This document shows positions 7,421-16,716 of a stretch of 64,000 nucleotides of DNA, in pieces. Within the stretch, counting starts at the first letter, position 1; each line of letters opens with the position of its first letter. A program made the translations under genes and the position numbers. The stretch is from a virus (taxonomy: Duplodnaviria > Caudoviricetes), in IMG/VR virus record IMGVR_UViG_2524614838_000004, positions 1-64,000 of that record; one strand, written 5' to 3'. A model generated the notes under the pieces. It was given only the letters and a program-made list of their open reading frames with translations. It was not told the DNA's origin and did not search any database.

Positions 7421-9424
7421 ATGCATGTAGTAAAGTTGATTAGTGCACACTGCGAAAACTTCAAGGGATTCAAAAGCTTTGATGTGCAGTTTGGGGACAA
7501 GATTACCCATATTAGAGGTGCAAACGGCCTGGGTAAGTCCAGCATTGCCGAATTGCTTATGTGGGTGCTTCATGGGGTAGGCAATGACCTGACCAGTAAT
7601 CCGAAGGTGCGCCGGGAAGTTGACAAGATCCCTGTGGCAGATGTCCCGGTGGTCGGTGAAATCACTATGGAAGTTGATGGGAAAGAAATCATTGCGAAGA
7701 AAGTCCAGAAACGGACCACTAAAAAAGACGGTAGCTATTCTGATGATAATACATATTCCATCAATGGTGTGGAGAAGAACTTAAAAGATTTCATCGGATA
7801 TTTTGACTTTGATTTCGACGATCTGCTCATGTGCATGAATATCGGAGCATTCCTGGCAAAGAAACCAAAGGAAATGAGAGAATTTCTCTTCAAGCTGCCG
7901 CAGGATATTTCCATTAACGACATTGTGAAAAAATATTCGGAATTTGCAGATCTGGTACCATTGCTTGAGAAGTATAACATTGATGAGATTTCTTCCATGA
8001 ATAAGGCCAGTGTACTGAAATTGAATAAGGAGATAGCTGGGTATCCTGGTCGTATTGATGAAGTTAATCGTCAAATCGTAGAGGACATTGATACTGCGGA
8101 GTTGGAATTACAGAAAAATGAATTGCAGCATCAAATTTCAAATATCGAAAAGCAGGAAGAAGATTCACTTGCGCAGGCTAAACTGCATGATTCCAGGACC
8201 AAGGATATCATGGAATTACAGTTTAAACGTTCGGAAATAGAACGGACAGGCAATTCGAAACTAATGGAGCAGAAGAAAGAAATCCAAAGGCGCATTGATG
8301 CAGCAGAAATGCAGTTTAGGAAGGCTATGAATGATTCAACTATGGCTGAAATGGATAAGCAGAGGGTATTGGAGGCTATAAAGCGAAAAACGGAGCAGAA
8401 GGCCAGTTTATTAGTTGAATACACCAATGTTTCACAGAATGTTTTTCCTTCTTATACGCCACTACCTGATTTGGGTTCTGATATATTTATTTGCCCTACT
8501 TGCGGGCAGGATTTGCCAGAGTCAGTTAAGAATCAAAAGCAGGAACAGTATGAGGTAAACAGCCAGCGACACCGTCAGCAGTATGATAATGATAAAAAGG
8601 AATGGGAGCAGCGGAAATTAGATCTTTTAACTTCCATTTCTGAAAAAGGCAGAACGTTAAAAGCGGACATTGAAAATCTGGAAAGTATTGATCTTGCTGA
8701 GGTCGAAAACCGTTTAAAATCTGCAAATGAACAGAAGGTTACTGCCAATAGTGCAAAGAATAAGGCGCTGGAAGAAATGAATGCACTCCCCACTCAGATA
8801 GATTTATCAGAGAACCAGGAATATGAAGCCCTTTGCCAGGAGATTGCCAAAAAGGAAGAAGCTTTAAGGGCCGTAAATACGGGTGCCGATTATCGGGCTA
8901 CGCTTCGGAACCAGAAAGCCGAAATTCAGGCCGAACTGGATTCTGTGAAAGAGAAAATTACCAGAATGGCTAAGAATGTGGAACTGGAAGAGAGGTTAAC
9001 CTTCCTGCGGAATGAGCAGTTGCAGAAAGAACAGTCAAAGGCTAATTGTGAAAGAATCCTTGATTTGCTGGATCAGCTTGACCAAAAGAAAAATGAACTT
9101 TTGGTTGATTCAATTAACAGCTACTTCGGCGGTAGGGTGACATGGGATTTATTTGCCTTTGCTAAGAACGGTGGATATAAAAAAGATTATTGTGTTCCAA
9201 GGATTGACGGCTATGAGATCCATGACAATACGGCGAACCACGGCAGGAAGATTGAAGCCATGATGATTATCGCCCTGACCATTCAGAAAATCGTGGGTAT
9301 TCAGTGTCCGGTTATTCTTGATGATGGGGAGAGCCTTGATCCATGGCGGCTCCCGGTATGTGACAGTCAATTAATCGTAATGAGCCGAGCTGATAACAAA
9401 GAGTTGATGGTTGAGATTAAATGA
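7421..9424 (+). CDS. SMC/RecN-like AAA ATPase
   Basis: Walker A GANGLGKSS, long coiled coil with CPTC hook, C-terminal VILDDGESLD. Confidence 0.85.
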   Translation: MHVVKLISAHCENFKGFKSFDVQFGDKITHIRGANGLGKSSIAELLMWVLHGVGNDLTSNPKVRREVDKIPVADVPVVGEITMEVDGKEIIAKKVQKRTTKKDGSYSDDNTYSINGVEKNLKDFIGYFDFDFDDLLMCMNIGAFLAKKPKEMREFLFKLPQDISINDIVKKYSEFADLVPLLEKYNIDEISSMNKASVLKLNKEIAGYPGRIDEVNRQIVEDIDTAELELQKNELQHQISNIEKQEEDSLAQAKLHDSRTKDIMELQFKRSEIERTGNSKLMEQKKEIQRRIDAAEMQFRKAMNDSTMAEMDKQRVLEAIKRKTEQKASLLVEYTNVSQNVFPSYTPLPDLGSDIFICPTCGQDLPESVKNQKQEQYEVNSQRHRQQYDNDKKEWEQRKLDLLTSISEKGRTLKADIENLESIDLAEVENRLKSANEQKVTANSAKNKALEEMNALPTQIDLSENQEYEALCQEIAKKEEALRAVNTGADYRATLRNQKAEIQAELDSVKEKITRMAKNVELEERLTFLRNEQLQKEQSKANCERILDLLDQLDQKKNELLVDSINSYFGGRVTWDLFAFAKNGGYKKDYCVPRIDGYEIHDNTANHGRKIEAMMIIALTIQKIVGIQCPVILDDGESLDPWRLPVCDSQLIVMSRADNKELMVEIK

Positions 9425-9819
9425 TGACCAATGACAGTCAGATTCGTATATCGGAGCTCATTCATGCAATAAAAATATTAATTGCGGTGGCTAATCGTCT
9501 GACAGATGAGGATATGGTACATCTGAATAAAGTCGCTGAATTGTTGGGAAAAAGTGGAGGAAAAGCTAAGGTGAAAAAAGCACAATTTGAAAAAGCTGAA
9601 CCAATCATGCAGCAGATAAAACATTTGAATGATTTAAAAAAGTCCATCAATCTGCCGCCGGAATGCTACACTGTAGAATTTAGACTTTCCTATGGGAGTG
9701 GAGTGATTGCCGACAATACTGACCTTGGTGCTTTAAGCATGAAGCGATTAATCAATGAATTTAAAAGTATCATTGATGAGCAAATTAGGAGTCTTGAAAA
9801 GGAAATGGAGGAAATCTAA
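9421..9819 (+). CDS. Hypothetical protein
   Basis: Coupled ORF. Confidence 0.6.
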   Translation: MMTNDSQIRISELIHAIKILIAVANRLTDEDMVHLNKVAELLGKSGGKAKVKKAQFEKAEPIMQQIKHLNDLKKSINLPPECYTVEFRLSYGSGVIADNTDLGALSMKRLINEFKSIIDEQIRSLEKEMEEI

Positions 9820-10050
9820 ATGCAGTTAATTAAAGCAAGGTACATCAAAAACGGAAAACCATCTGGCGGTACATACACTTTTCGTTCCTCTGAACCTGTA
9901 GTCCCCGGTGACAAGGTTCTTTTGCCCGGCGGCGGCCATGGGATCGTCGTTGATGGGAAAATTGACATGGAATGGGTAAATTCCTATGGTGAGGAAAATA
10001 TCAAGGTTATTGATGGCAAGGAGCCAGCAGAGGAGGCACAGGAAGTATGA
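9820..10050 (+). CDS. Hypothetical protein
   Basis: Coupled ORF. Confidence 0.6.
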   Translation: MQLIKARYIKNGKPSGGTYTFRSSEPVVPGDKVLLPGGGHGIVVDGKIDMEWVNSYGEENIKVIDGKEPAEEAQEV

Positions 10051-10283
10051 CCAATGAGCATTTCAATGTATATTCTTCCAGAATAGCACAGGAGCATTAT
10101 TGTAAAGAGTATAACTACCCTTATTTCGCTCCCGAAAGTGGTATTTGCTGGAGATGCAATCAGCAGATTTATGCTGAAGGTAAAAATCGTAGCGGAAATT
10201 TATCCAAGGGGATATCGGTTGAAAAGGCCGGGAGTGAGTTAATCACTGGCTGCCCTCATTGCAACTGGTCATATTGCGATTGA
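10047..10283 (+). CDS. Hypothetical zinc-binding protein
   Basis: CWRC and CPHC motifs. Confidence 0.65.
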   Translation: MTNEHFNVYSSRIAQEHYCKEYNYPYFAPESGICWRCNQQIYAEGKNRSGNLSKGISVEKAGSELITGCPHCNWSYCD

Positions 10284-10302
10284 CCGAGATTAAGGAGGAT
10301 TT

Positions 10303-10635
10303 ATGAAACAGAATCCTTGTAGATATTGTGCTTTGAGTTGGGAGCATAATGGCAAACATTACCCGTCTTACGAATCGCCTTGTGCTGAATGTGAAAATAT
10401 CAAGAAACACAAGGATTATCTGAAATCTAAACGATTATTTATGGAAGGTGTTCCAATCACATCACTTGATGAACTTTTGAAACAAAAGTGGGTTATGTGG
10501 TATCACCAGACAAGGCACATTGAAGTCATTAAACATACGCAGTTATCAACTGTCTTGCATTGGCTTGACAGGGGAGCATTTCATAAGGCAATCAGAAAAG
10601 AAAGTGAGAAAAACAGTGAACCAGGAATTAGTTGA
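10303..10635 (+). CDS. Hypothetical protein
   Basis: RBS AAGGAGG; CRYC and CAEC motifs. Confidence 0.6.
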   Translation: MKQNPCRYCALSWEHNGKHYPSYESPCAECENIKKHKDYLKSKRLFMEGVPITSLDELLKQKWVMWYHQTRHIEVIKHTQLSTVLHWLDRGAFHKAIRKESEKNSEPGIS

Positions 10636-11203
10636 AAGATTCGAAAAGTTGTTATTGGAAACAAAGCGTCCGGGAATTGAAAACCTTCTTGAATTTATTC
10701 GCAAGAGTGATTTTTATACGGCTCCGGCCAGTACCAGATTCCATGGAGCGTATGAGGGCGGTTTGTTGGAACACAGCATTAATGTTCTTGAATGCTTAGC
10801 AGAGAAGAAAGCAAGCTACAATGCTATTTGGCACAAAATATTAGTAAATGTACAGAGTGAAAGTATTGTAATCTCTTCTTTACTCCATGACCTTTGCAAA
10901 ACATATTTCTACACCACGGAAATGCGGAACAAAAAAGATGAATCCGGTGCTTGGGTGTCGGTTCCCTTTTATACAGTGAATGACCTCATACCCTACGGGC
11001 ATGGCGAGAAGAGTGTCATGATGATTGAGGAATACATAAAACTGTTACCGGCTGAAAGATATGCCATTCGTTGGCACATGGGTTCATATGAGCCAAAAGA
11101 ACTTTGGAATACCCTGGGGACAGCCATGGAGAAGTATCCTCTGGTCCTGGCATTGCATGAAGCGGATATGGAAGCAACTTATTTATTGGAAAAGGAGAAA
11201 TAG
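10616..11203 (+). CDS. HD-domain phosphohydrolase
   Basis: DFYTAPASTRFHG..EGGLLEHS, LLHDLCK, GHGEKS, AIRWHMG, LHEAD. Confidence 0.9.
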   Translation: MNQELVERFEKLLLETKRPGIENLLEFIRKSDFYTAPASTRFHGAYEGGLLEHSINVLECLAEKKASYNAIWHKILVNVQSESIVISSLLHDLCKTYFYTTEMRNKKDESGAWVSVPFYTVNDLIPYGHGEKSVMMIEEYIKLLPAERYAIRWHMGSYEPKELWNTLGTAMEKYPLVLALHEADMEATYLLEKEK

Positions 11204-11205
11204 AT

Positions 11206-12135
11206 ATGGCAAAACAGGAAGTGATGGCAACAGGAACACAGCAGGCAGCTCTTATTGTAAATAATCCATTTATTGACGGTTTAAGTGCGCAGCTAAAACA
11301 GAAGCAGGAATACGGGCTTACATTCCCGGCAGATTATAATCCAACAAATGCTTTAATGGGAGCGTATCTCATTTTAAAGGAGACGAAGGATAGAAACGGT
11401 AAATATGTTCTGGAAACATGCTCTCAGGCCAGCATTGCTAATGCACTCATGGATATGGTGACAATGGGCCTGTCAATGCAGAAACGGCAGTGTTATCCAA
11501 TAGCCTACGGCGGGAAGTTGCAGTGTCAGGTATCCTATCATGGACATAAAGCCATGGCTCACAGATATGGTGCCAAAGATATTAATGCAGAGGTTATCTA
11601 TGAAGGAGATACGTTCAAATACCATATTGAAAATGGTCGAAAGATTCTTGATGAGCATACACAGGATTTTGAGAATATCGATCTGACCAAAATCAAAGGT
11701 GCCTATTGCATAGTTGTCCTTGATGACGGCAGTACATACATGGAAGTGATGAATATTAATCAGATTAAGACAGCATGGAAGAAAGGTTATGGCTATAAGG
11801 AAAACAGCGGAACCCATGCGGAATTTACTGACATGATGGTTAAGAAAACAGTTACTTCCAGGGCTTGCAAGCAGATTGTACAGCAATATGGTGATGTGTT
11901 TACCATTGAAGCAGCTGATAAGGCAGAAGATATTGATTCTGTAGATGTAGTGGCAGAAGATGTTGCCCATGATGTCCAGAGTTACGCAAATGCTCAGGAG
12001 TTTCCAATGCCAGAGGAGCAGGAGCCGGTTGAACAGGAAGAATCACCTGCAGGTGAAGAAGTTCCAGATCAACAGGCAGGATCCAAACCGGAGCCAGCAC
12101 CGGCAGCTCAGCCGCAGAAGCCTGATTGGGCATAG
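11206..12135 (+). CDS. recT: RecT-family ssDNA annealing protein
   Basis: SIANALMDMVTMGLS..K.QCYPIAYG, VSYHG, EMMVKKT-like motif. Confidence 0.85.
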   Translation: MAKQEVMATGTQQAALIVNNPFIDGLSAQLKQKQEYGLTFPADYNPTNALMGAYLILKETKDRNGKYVLETCSQASIANALMDMVTMGLSMQKRQCYPIAYGGKLQCQVSYHGHKAMAHRYGAKDINAEVIYEGDTFKYHIENGRKILDEHTQDFENIDLTKIKGAYCIVVLDDGSTYMEVMNINQIKTAWKKGYGYKENSGTHAEFTDMMVKKTVTSRACKQIVQQYGDVFTIEAADKAEDIDSVDVVAEDVAHDVQSYANAQEFPMPEEQEPVEQEESPAGEEVPDQQAGSKPEPAPAAQPQKPDWA

Positions 12136-12144
12136 GAGGGTGTC

Positions 12145-12519
12145 ATGAGGATTGTTTCGCAGAATGGTAAATATGACGCTCCGTATGAGCAGTGTATCAT
12201 ATCCGTTAGAGGTGGCATGATAACAGCTGAAATTCCTTCAACTAATAGCAGTACATGTTCATTCCTCATGGGAGAATATTCTTCCCCGGAAAAGGTTCAG
12301 AAAGCCATGGAGATGTTACATAGGGAGTATATCGGCATAATGCCAAGCCTGATTATTTCAGATTGTGGTTTCTCCCAAACGGACTTAGAGGATTTAAAAC
12401 AATCCATGGTTGGCGGTCAGATTATGGTGCCAAGTCAAGGTGATGGGCGCGTTGAATATCATATGCTGCCCCAGATATTCCGCTTCCCGGCAGATGAGGA
12501 AATTGAGGTGGAGGAATGA
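12145..12519 (+). CDS. Hypothetical protein
   Basis: RBS; operon position. Confidence 0.6.
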   Translation: MRIVSQNGKYDAPYEQCIISVRGGMITAEIPSTNSSTCSFLMGEYSSPEKVQKAMEMLHREYIGIMPSLIISDCGFSQTDLEDLKQSMVGGQIMVPSQGDGRVEYHMLPQIFRFPADEEIEVEE

Positions 12520-12719
12520 GCGAAGCACAAAAAATAATTGACAACTTAGATGGAGAAGTACTTTGCAAGTATTGTACATTTAGTCTGGATTGCTCGGGTG
12601 GTGTAAAAGGTGGCCCAGATGGCCCAATCTTTCCGCCGTGTGCAGATGGGTTAGATGAATGTTATTTTGACTTAGATTCTTATCTTGAAGATTTAGAGAA
12701 GGAGGCTGAGATGGAGTAA
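12516..12719 (+). CDS. Hypothetical protein
   Basis: Coupled ORF. Confidence 0.55.
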   Translation: MSEAQKIIDNLDGEVLCKYCTFSLDCSGGVKGGPDGPIFPPCADGLDECYFDLDSYLEDLEKEAEME

Positions 12720-13099
12720 TGAAGAAAGAAGATTTCCATAAAGGCCAAACAGTGTATCTGCTACTTTTGTGCAATGCCGCCAGGGGTAAGCATGGTGAGG
12801 AACTTATAATGGAAGCCACTGTTACCGGAATCGGGAACAAGTATATCACTGTTTCTCCTGGTTATTATTCGAGAAATGTTCGATTTGAGATAGAGGATAA
12901 TTTCAAAGAACATTCAAATTACTCACCGGAGCATAAATTGTTTCTTTCAAGAGAGGAAATTGTAAATCGTCTTGAAAAAGAAGAATTACTTGCTTGGTTT
13001 CGGGATTCCTTTAAAAGTATCTTTTCGAAAAGAGTTTTTAGCTTGGTTGCACTTCGGGAAGCAAAGCAAATTTTAGAGAAAAGCGAGGTGGAAGAATGA
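12719..13099 (+). CDS. Hypothetical protein
   Basis: Coupled ORF. Confidence 0.6.
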   Translation: MKKEDFHKGQTVYLLLLCNAARGKHGEELIMEATVTGIGNKYITVSPGYYSRNVRFEIEDNFKEHSNYSPEHKLFLSREEIVNRLEKEELLAWFRDSFKSIFSKRVFSLVALREAKQILEKSEVEE

Positions 13100-13449
13100 T
13101 ATCAGCCGAGGAAAAAGAACAGTTAAAAGCCGAAATTATGGCAGAGGTCAAGGAAGAATTAAAAGGTACTTTAATCAGAGAAGATACTCAATCCGTTTTG
13201 GCAGAGGTCCGGCATAAGTGGTTTGGAAACTCTGGATATACCGGGAAAATGACCGAGGTATTTGATATATATACAGTTTGGAAGATATAGGAATGTGTAA
13301 GAAAAATCACCTGCCTTGTGTGTGGCGAAAACTATGTTCGCAGATTGTCCGGGAAAGAAGAAGTGGCAAACAGTGTAGCTGAATGTATCTGCCAGACTAT
13401 CTATAATGCAAGAAAATGGTCATTAGCCCAAAATGAAAAGGTCGATTGA
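13096..13449 (+). pseudogene. Hypothetical gene with an in-frame TAG at 13288-13290
   Basis: The same frame stays open for 52 more codons (ECVRKITCLVCGENYV...KVD) and ends just before the next ATG. Confidence 0.65.
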
Positions 13450-13450
13450 T

Positions 13451-13516
13451 ATGGTATTAAAAGTAATCGGCAGTTCCAGTAAAGGAAACGGATATGCCCT
13501 CAATAAAAGGAAGTGA
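13451..13516 (+). pseudogene. Orphan 5' copy of the MBL nuclease gene (MVLKVIGSSSKGNGYAL...)
   Basis: 21-aa ORF resembling the start of 14096 (MFLKCISSGSKGNAYAL). Confidence 0.65.
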
Positions 13517-13520
13517 TTTA

Positions 13521-14096
13521 ATGACTGAGGAATGGAAATGGATAAGCGGATTTGAAGGACGCTATTCTATTTCTAATATGGGAAGATTAAAAAGTTACTG
13601 TTCTGATAAATATGGGAAAATCATTTCACTAAAGAATCAGCATGGTTGGTATTTTACTGTAAATCTTCTGGATCAAGGTGGGAAGCGACATACGAAGCGG
13701 ATTCATGTAATGGTTGCTGAAGTTTTTATTGGAGAAATACCCAAAGGATACCATGTTCACCATAAAGATGGAAACAAGCAAAACAATATGGTTTCTAACT
13801 TAGAAATAATTCACCCAATGAAACATTATAAAGAAACCTTAAAAGAACACCCACAAATTGTTACTGGTATTAATTACTACAATCAATATGAAAAGCCAAA
13901 AGAAGTTTTAATGTATGATAAACAGGGAAATTACTTGGCTTGTTTCCCTAATTCCATCATAGCTGAAAAAATCACTGGAGTGTGTCAAAGAAACATTCTA
14001 CAAGTAGCAAGCGGTGAGGAATATAAGCCAGGGAGAACTAGAAAATCTGCCGGAGGCTATGTTTGGAAATATAAAGTAGAGAGGCAGGTGATGTAA
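13521..14096 (+). CDS. NUMOD4-HNH homing endonuclease
   Basis: EEWKWISGFEGRYSISNMGR (NUMOD4), HVHHKDGNKQNN..SNL (HNH), NUMOD1-like C-terminus. Confidence 0.9.
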   Translation: MTEEWKWISGFEGRYSISNMGRLKSYCSDKYGKIISLKNQHGWYFTVNLLDQGGKRHTKRIHVMVAEVFIGEIPKGYHVHHKDGNKQNNMVSNLEIIHPMKHYKETLKEHPQIVTGINYYNQYEKPKEVLMYDKQGNYLACFPNSIIAEKITGVCQRNILQVASGEEYKPGRTRKSAGGYVWKYKVERQVM

Positions 14097-14832
14097 TGTT
14101 CTTGAAATGTATCTCCTCTGGTTCAAAAGGAAACGCATATGCCTTGCAGGGTAAAGATGAAACTCTCCTGTTAGAATGCGGAAAACCTTTCATTGAAGTT
14201 AAAAAAGCCATTGATTGGCAAATTCTAAAGATTAAGGGTTGCTTACTATCTCATGAACATGGTTAGGCGACCACTCTAATAATACTAAAGATTTTCTAAA
14301 AGCCGGAATCCCGGTATATACCAACGATGAAACAAAACGAGCCGTGGGAGAAGTCCCCGGAGCACAGTTTTACAACGTGCTAGAGTTTAAAGCGGTTCAT
14401 ATTGGAGGATTCAAAGTTATTCCTTTCTTTGTTCCACATAACGGAACACCGAACTTTGGATATCTAATTGAACATAAGGAAATGGGAAGATTGCTATTTG
14501 CCACAGATTATGAATACATTCCGTACAACTTTAAAAAACAGCAGATTCAGCACTTTCTTATTGAAGCAAATTATCAGGTGCAGTTCATTGATAAGGAGAT
14601 CCCGAACTACGAACATAAGCTCCTGGGACACGCTTCCCTTGAAACCTGTATTGGAGCAATTAAAGCGAACCAGTCACCAAACCTTAGAACCGTCATAATG
14701 TGCCATCTGGGAGCCGGTTCGAGTGCTGGTAAGTATTTTATCAATGAAATGCAGAAAGAGACTGGCCGCAACGTTAATGTGGATTGTGCGGTACCTGGGC
14801 TTGTTGTGGAAGTAAATAAAGATCCATTTTGA
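14096..14832 (+). CDS. MBL-fold metallo-hydrolase (YycJ/WalJ-like nuclease) split by GGT-TAG-GC-GAC; 243 aa if 5 nt are bypassed
   Basis: ORF1 14096-14266 ends SHEHG*; a second frame starts GGC(14266) GAC CAC and runs to 14832 with H, D and H motifs (VPHN, FATD, MCHL). Confidence 0.8.
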
Positions 14833-14845
14833 TGAAAGGAGTTTC

Positions 14846-15412
14846 ATGAAAGACGTTGCGAGAGTAATTGTTACATACGATTGTCCCCGGAATTGTCCAA
14901 ATTGCTGTAATGAGCATATAGGCGATGTACCGGAGGTCAATTTTAAGGATTTATTGAAATATAAGGAGCTGGTCATTACTGGCGGCGAACCAATGGAAAT
15001 TGCCCCTCAAGTAGTGGAAATGATTCACCGTCTCTGGGCAAACGGATATAAGGGTAAGATTTGGCTTTATACGTCCTGCATTAAGACGGCGAGATGGGCA
15101 GATAGAGCGGTTTTGCGGCAGGTGAATGGAATTACATATACCTTACATCATAAACCGTCACAGAAAGATTTGAGTGATGTCCGTAAGCTAAACAAATTTC
15201 TTCTGGATAATCTTGATAACCGGAAGCATAACCGTTCTGACCGTCTATTGATTGACAGCCGGTGCTATACCGAGGAAGTTCTAAGCATTATCGGTTTATA
15301 TGATACCGGCACAAAGCATTGGTCAAGCATTAAATCTTTGGTATGGAAAGACGATGAATGTCCGCTGCCTGATAACGAGGAGTTGATATATTACGATTTG
15401 GAAAAGGAGTAG
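14846..15412 (+). CDS. Radical SAM protein
   Basis: CPRNCPNC (CxxxCxxC) and ITGGEP. Confidence 0.85.
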   Translation: MKDVARVIVTYDCPRNCPNCCNEHIGDVPEVNFKDLLKYKELVITGGEPMEIAPQVVEMIHRLWANGYKGKIWLYTSCIKTARWADRAVLRQVNGITYTLHHKPSQKDLSDVRKLNKFLLDNLDNRKHNRSDRLLIDSRCYTEEVLSIIGLYDTGTKHWSSIKSLVWKDDECPLPDNEELIYYDLEKE

Positions 15413-15415
15413 AAG

Positions 15416-16171
15416 ATGGATACTTTTGAGCAAAAAATAATTAGTGTTCTCAATGAAAAGTTGAATGATGGAACAGTTGAAAAAATCATTGAGGAAAAGT
15501 TAAAGAAAGGCATTTCAGAAGCGCTTGACGGTTTGTTTGGCTATCGTGGGGTAGCTAAAGAGGTCATTGAAGCCAAAGTAAAAGAAGTAATGCTGCCAGT
15601 AATTGAACAGCATGATTTTAACCAGTATGTTGTGAAACTGGATTCCTGTCTTACTGAAATTGTAAGCAGTACAGACCTGATAGATAACAAGAAAATGTTG
15701 GAAAATTTCCAGTCTATCATGAAAGAACCGGAATACAAGGAAATCAAGCTCTCAGATATCTTTGAACGGTACTGTAAGCATGTATCAGAGAATGTGGATA
15801 CAAGCGACTTAGAAGCGGACTGTGAGGACGGAGAGCCATATTATCAGAACGTAACAGCAAACATGGTAGTAGAACATGAGGATAAAGGATGGTTTAAATC
15901 CAGCTTTGATGATTGCTTTGTGAAATTCTCTTGCGATGAAGATGAAGATTTAAACTGCCAAGTCAAACTCTACAAAGATAGTAATGAGGATAAATGGGGC
16001 ATTTTAAAATGTTCTGATTCCATTGAAATCAATTCATTGAGAAATGTCAGTGACTTCGAAATATTCCTCTCTGTTTTGAAAAGAGGATTCATTAAAATCA
16101 TTCTGGATACGGAAAGTGAATGTGCGGATGATATTGAACCGGAAGAGAAGCCGGAATTTACATTGAGTTAA
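15416..16171 (+). CDS. Hypothetical acidic phage protein
   Basis: RBS AAGGAG; long ORF. Confidence 0.7.
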   Translation: MDTFEQKIISVLNEKLNDGTVEKIIEEKLKKGISEALDGLFGYRGVAKEVIEAKVKEVMLPVIEQHDFNQYVVKLDSCLTEIVSSTDLIDNKKMLENFQSIMKEPEYKEIKLSDIFERYCKHVSENVDTSDLEADCEDGEPYYQNVTANMVVEHEDKGWFKSSFDDCFVKFSCDEDEDLNCQVKLYKDSNEDKWGILKCSDSIEINSLRNVSDFEIFLSVLKRGFIKIILDTESECADDIEPEEKPEFTLS

Positions 16172-16267
16172 TTCATATGGGCGAAATCCCATTCAAAACT
16201 ATAAGACGTTTTTAACCCGGGTTGAAATAAATGTAACTTATTAATCGAGCCAATGGAGGAAAATATC

Positions 16268-16702
16268 ATGGCAAAAGTAAAGTTGGAAGAACTGGCAGAT
16301 GGCGGTTTGCAGGAACTGTATACAGTAGCACAAGAAAAGGTGTTACAGAATATGCAGGATCCCAATACTCCTTATAAAAACAAAAGAGCTATTACCATTA
16401 AGCTGACTTTTGAACAGAATGAGGACAGAGATGATACTCAAGTAAACATTTCTGTTGAAACAAAGCTGGCTCCTGTTAAGCCTATCGTTACCAGAATGGC
16501 AATCGGTAAGGATTTAAAGACCGGTAAGGTTTTCGCGCAGGAGTACGGCGGGCAGCTACGAGGTCAGATGTCTCTGGAAGATTACCAGACACCGCAGGGA
16601 GATTTAAAGGTTGATGGAAAGATTGTTGATCCTGAAACCGGAGAAATCAAAGAAGAATCAGATGGCAAAGTAGTTGATTTGAGAGCGGCCAAGCAGGCTT
16701 AA
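16268..16702 (+). CDS. Conserved phage protein
   Basis: LEELADGGLQE...NMQDPNT.YK.KR.IT.KLTF pattern. Confidence 0.7.
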   Translation: MAKVKLEELADGGLQELYTVAQEKVLQNMQDPNTPYKNKRAITIKLTFEQNEDRDDTQVNISVETKLAPVKPIVTRMAIGKDLKTGKVFAQEYGGQLRGQMSLEDYQTPQGDLKVDGKIVDPETGEIKEESDGKVVDLRAAKQA

Positions 16703-16716
16703 GGAGGATATGAATT

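Noticed and set aside
14258-14274. Group I intron or -1 frameshift as the explanation for the split MBL gene
   Set aside because: The gap is only 5 nt, too short for an intron, and a -1 shift inserts residues into HxHxDH.
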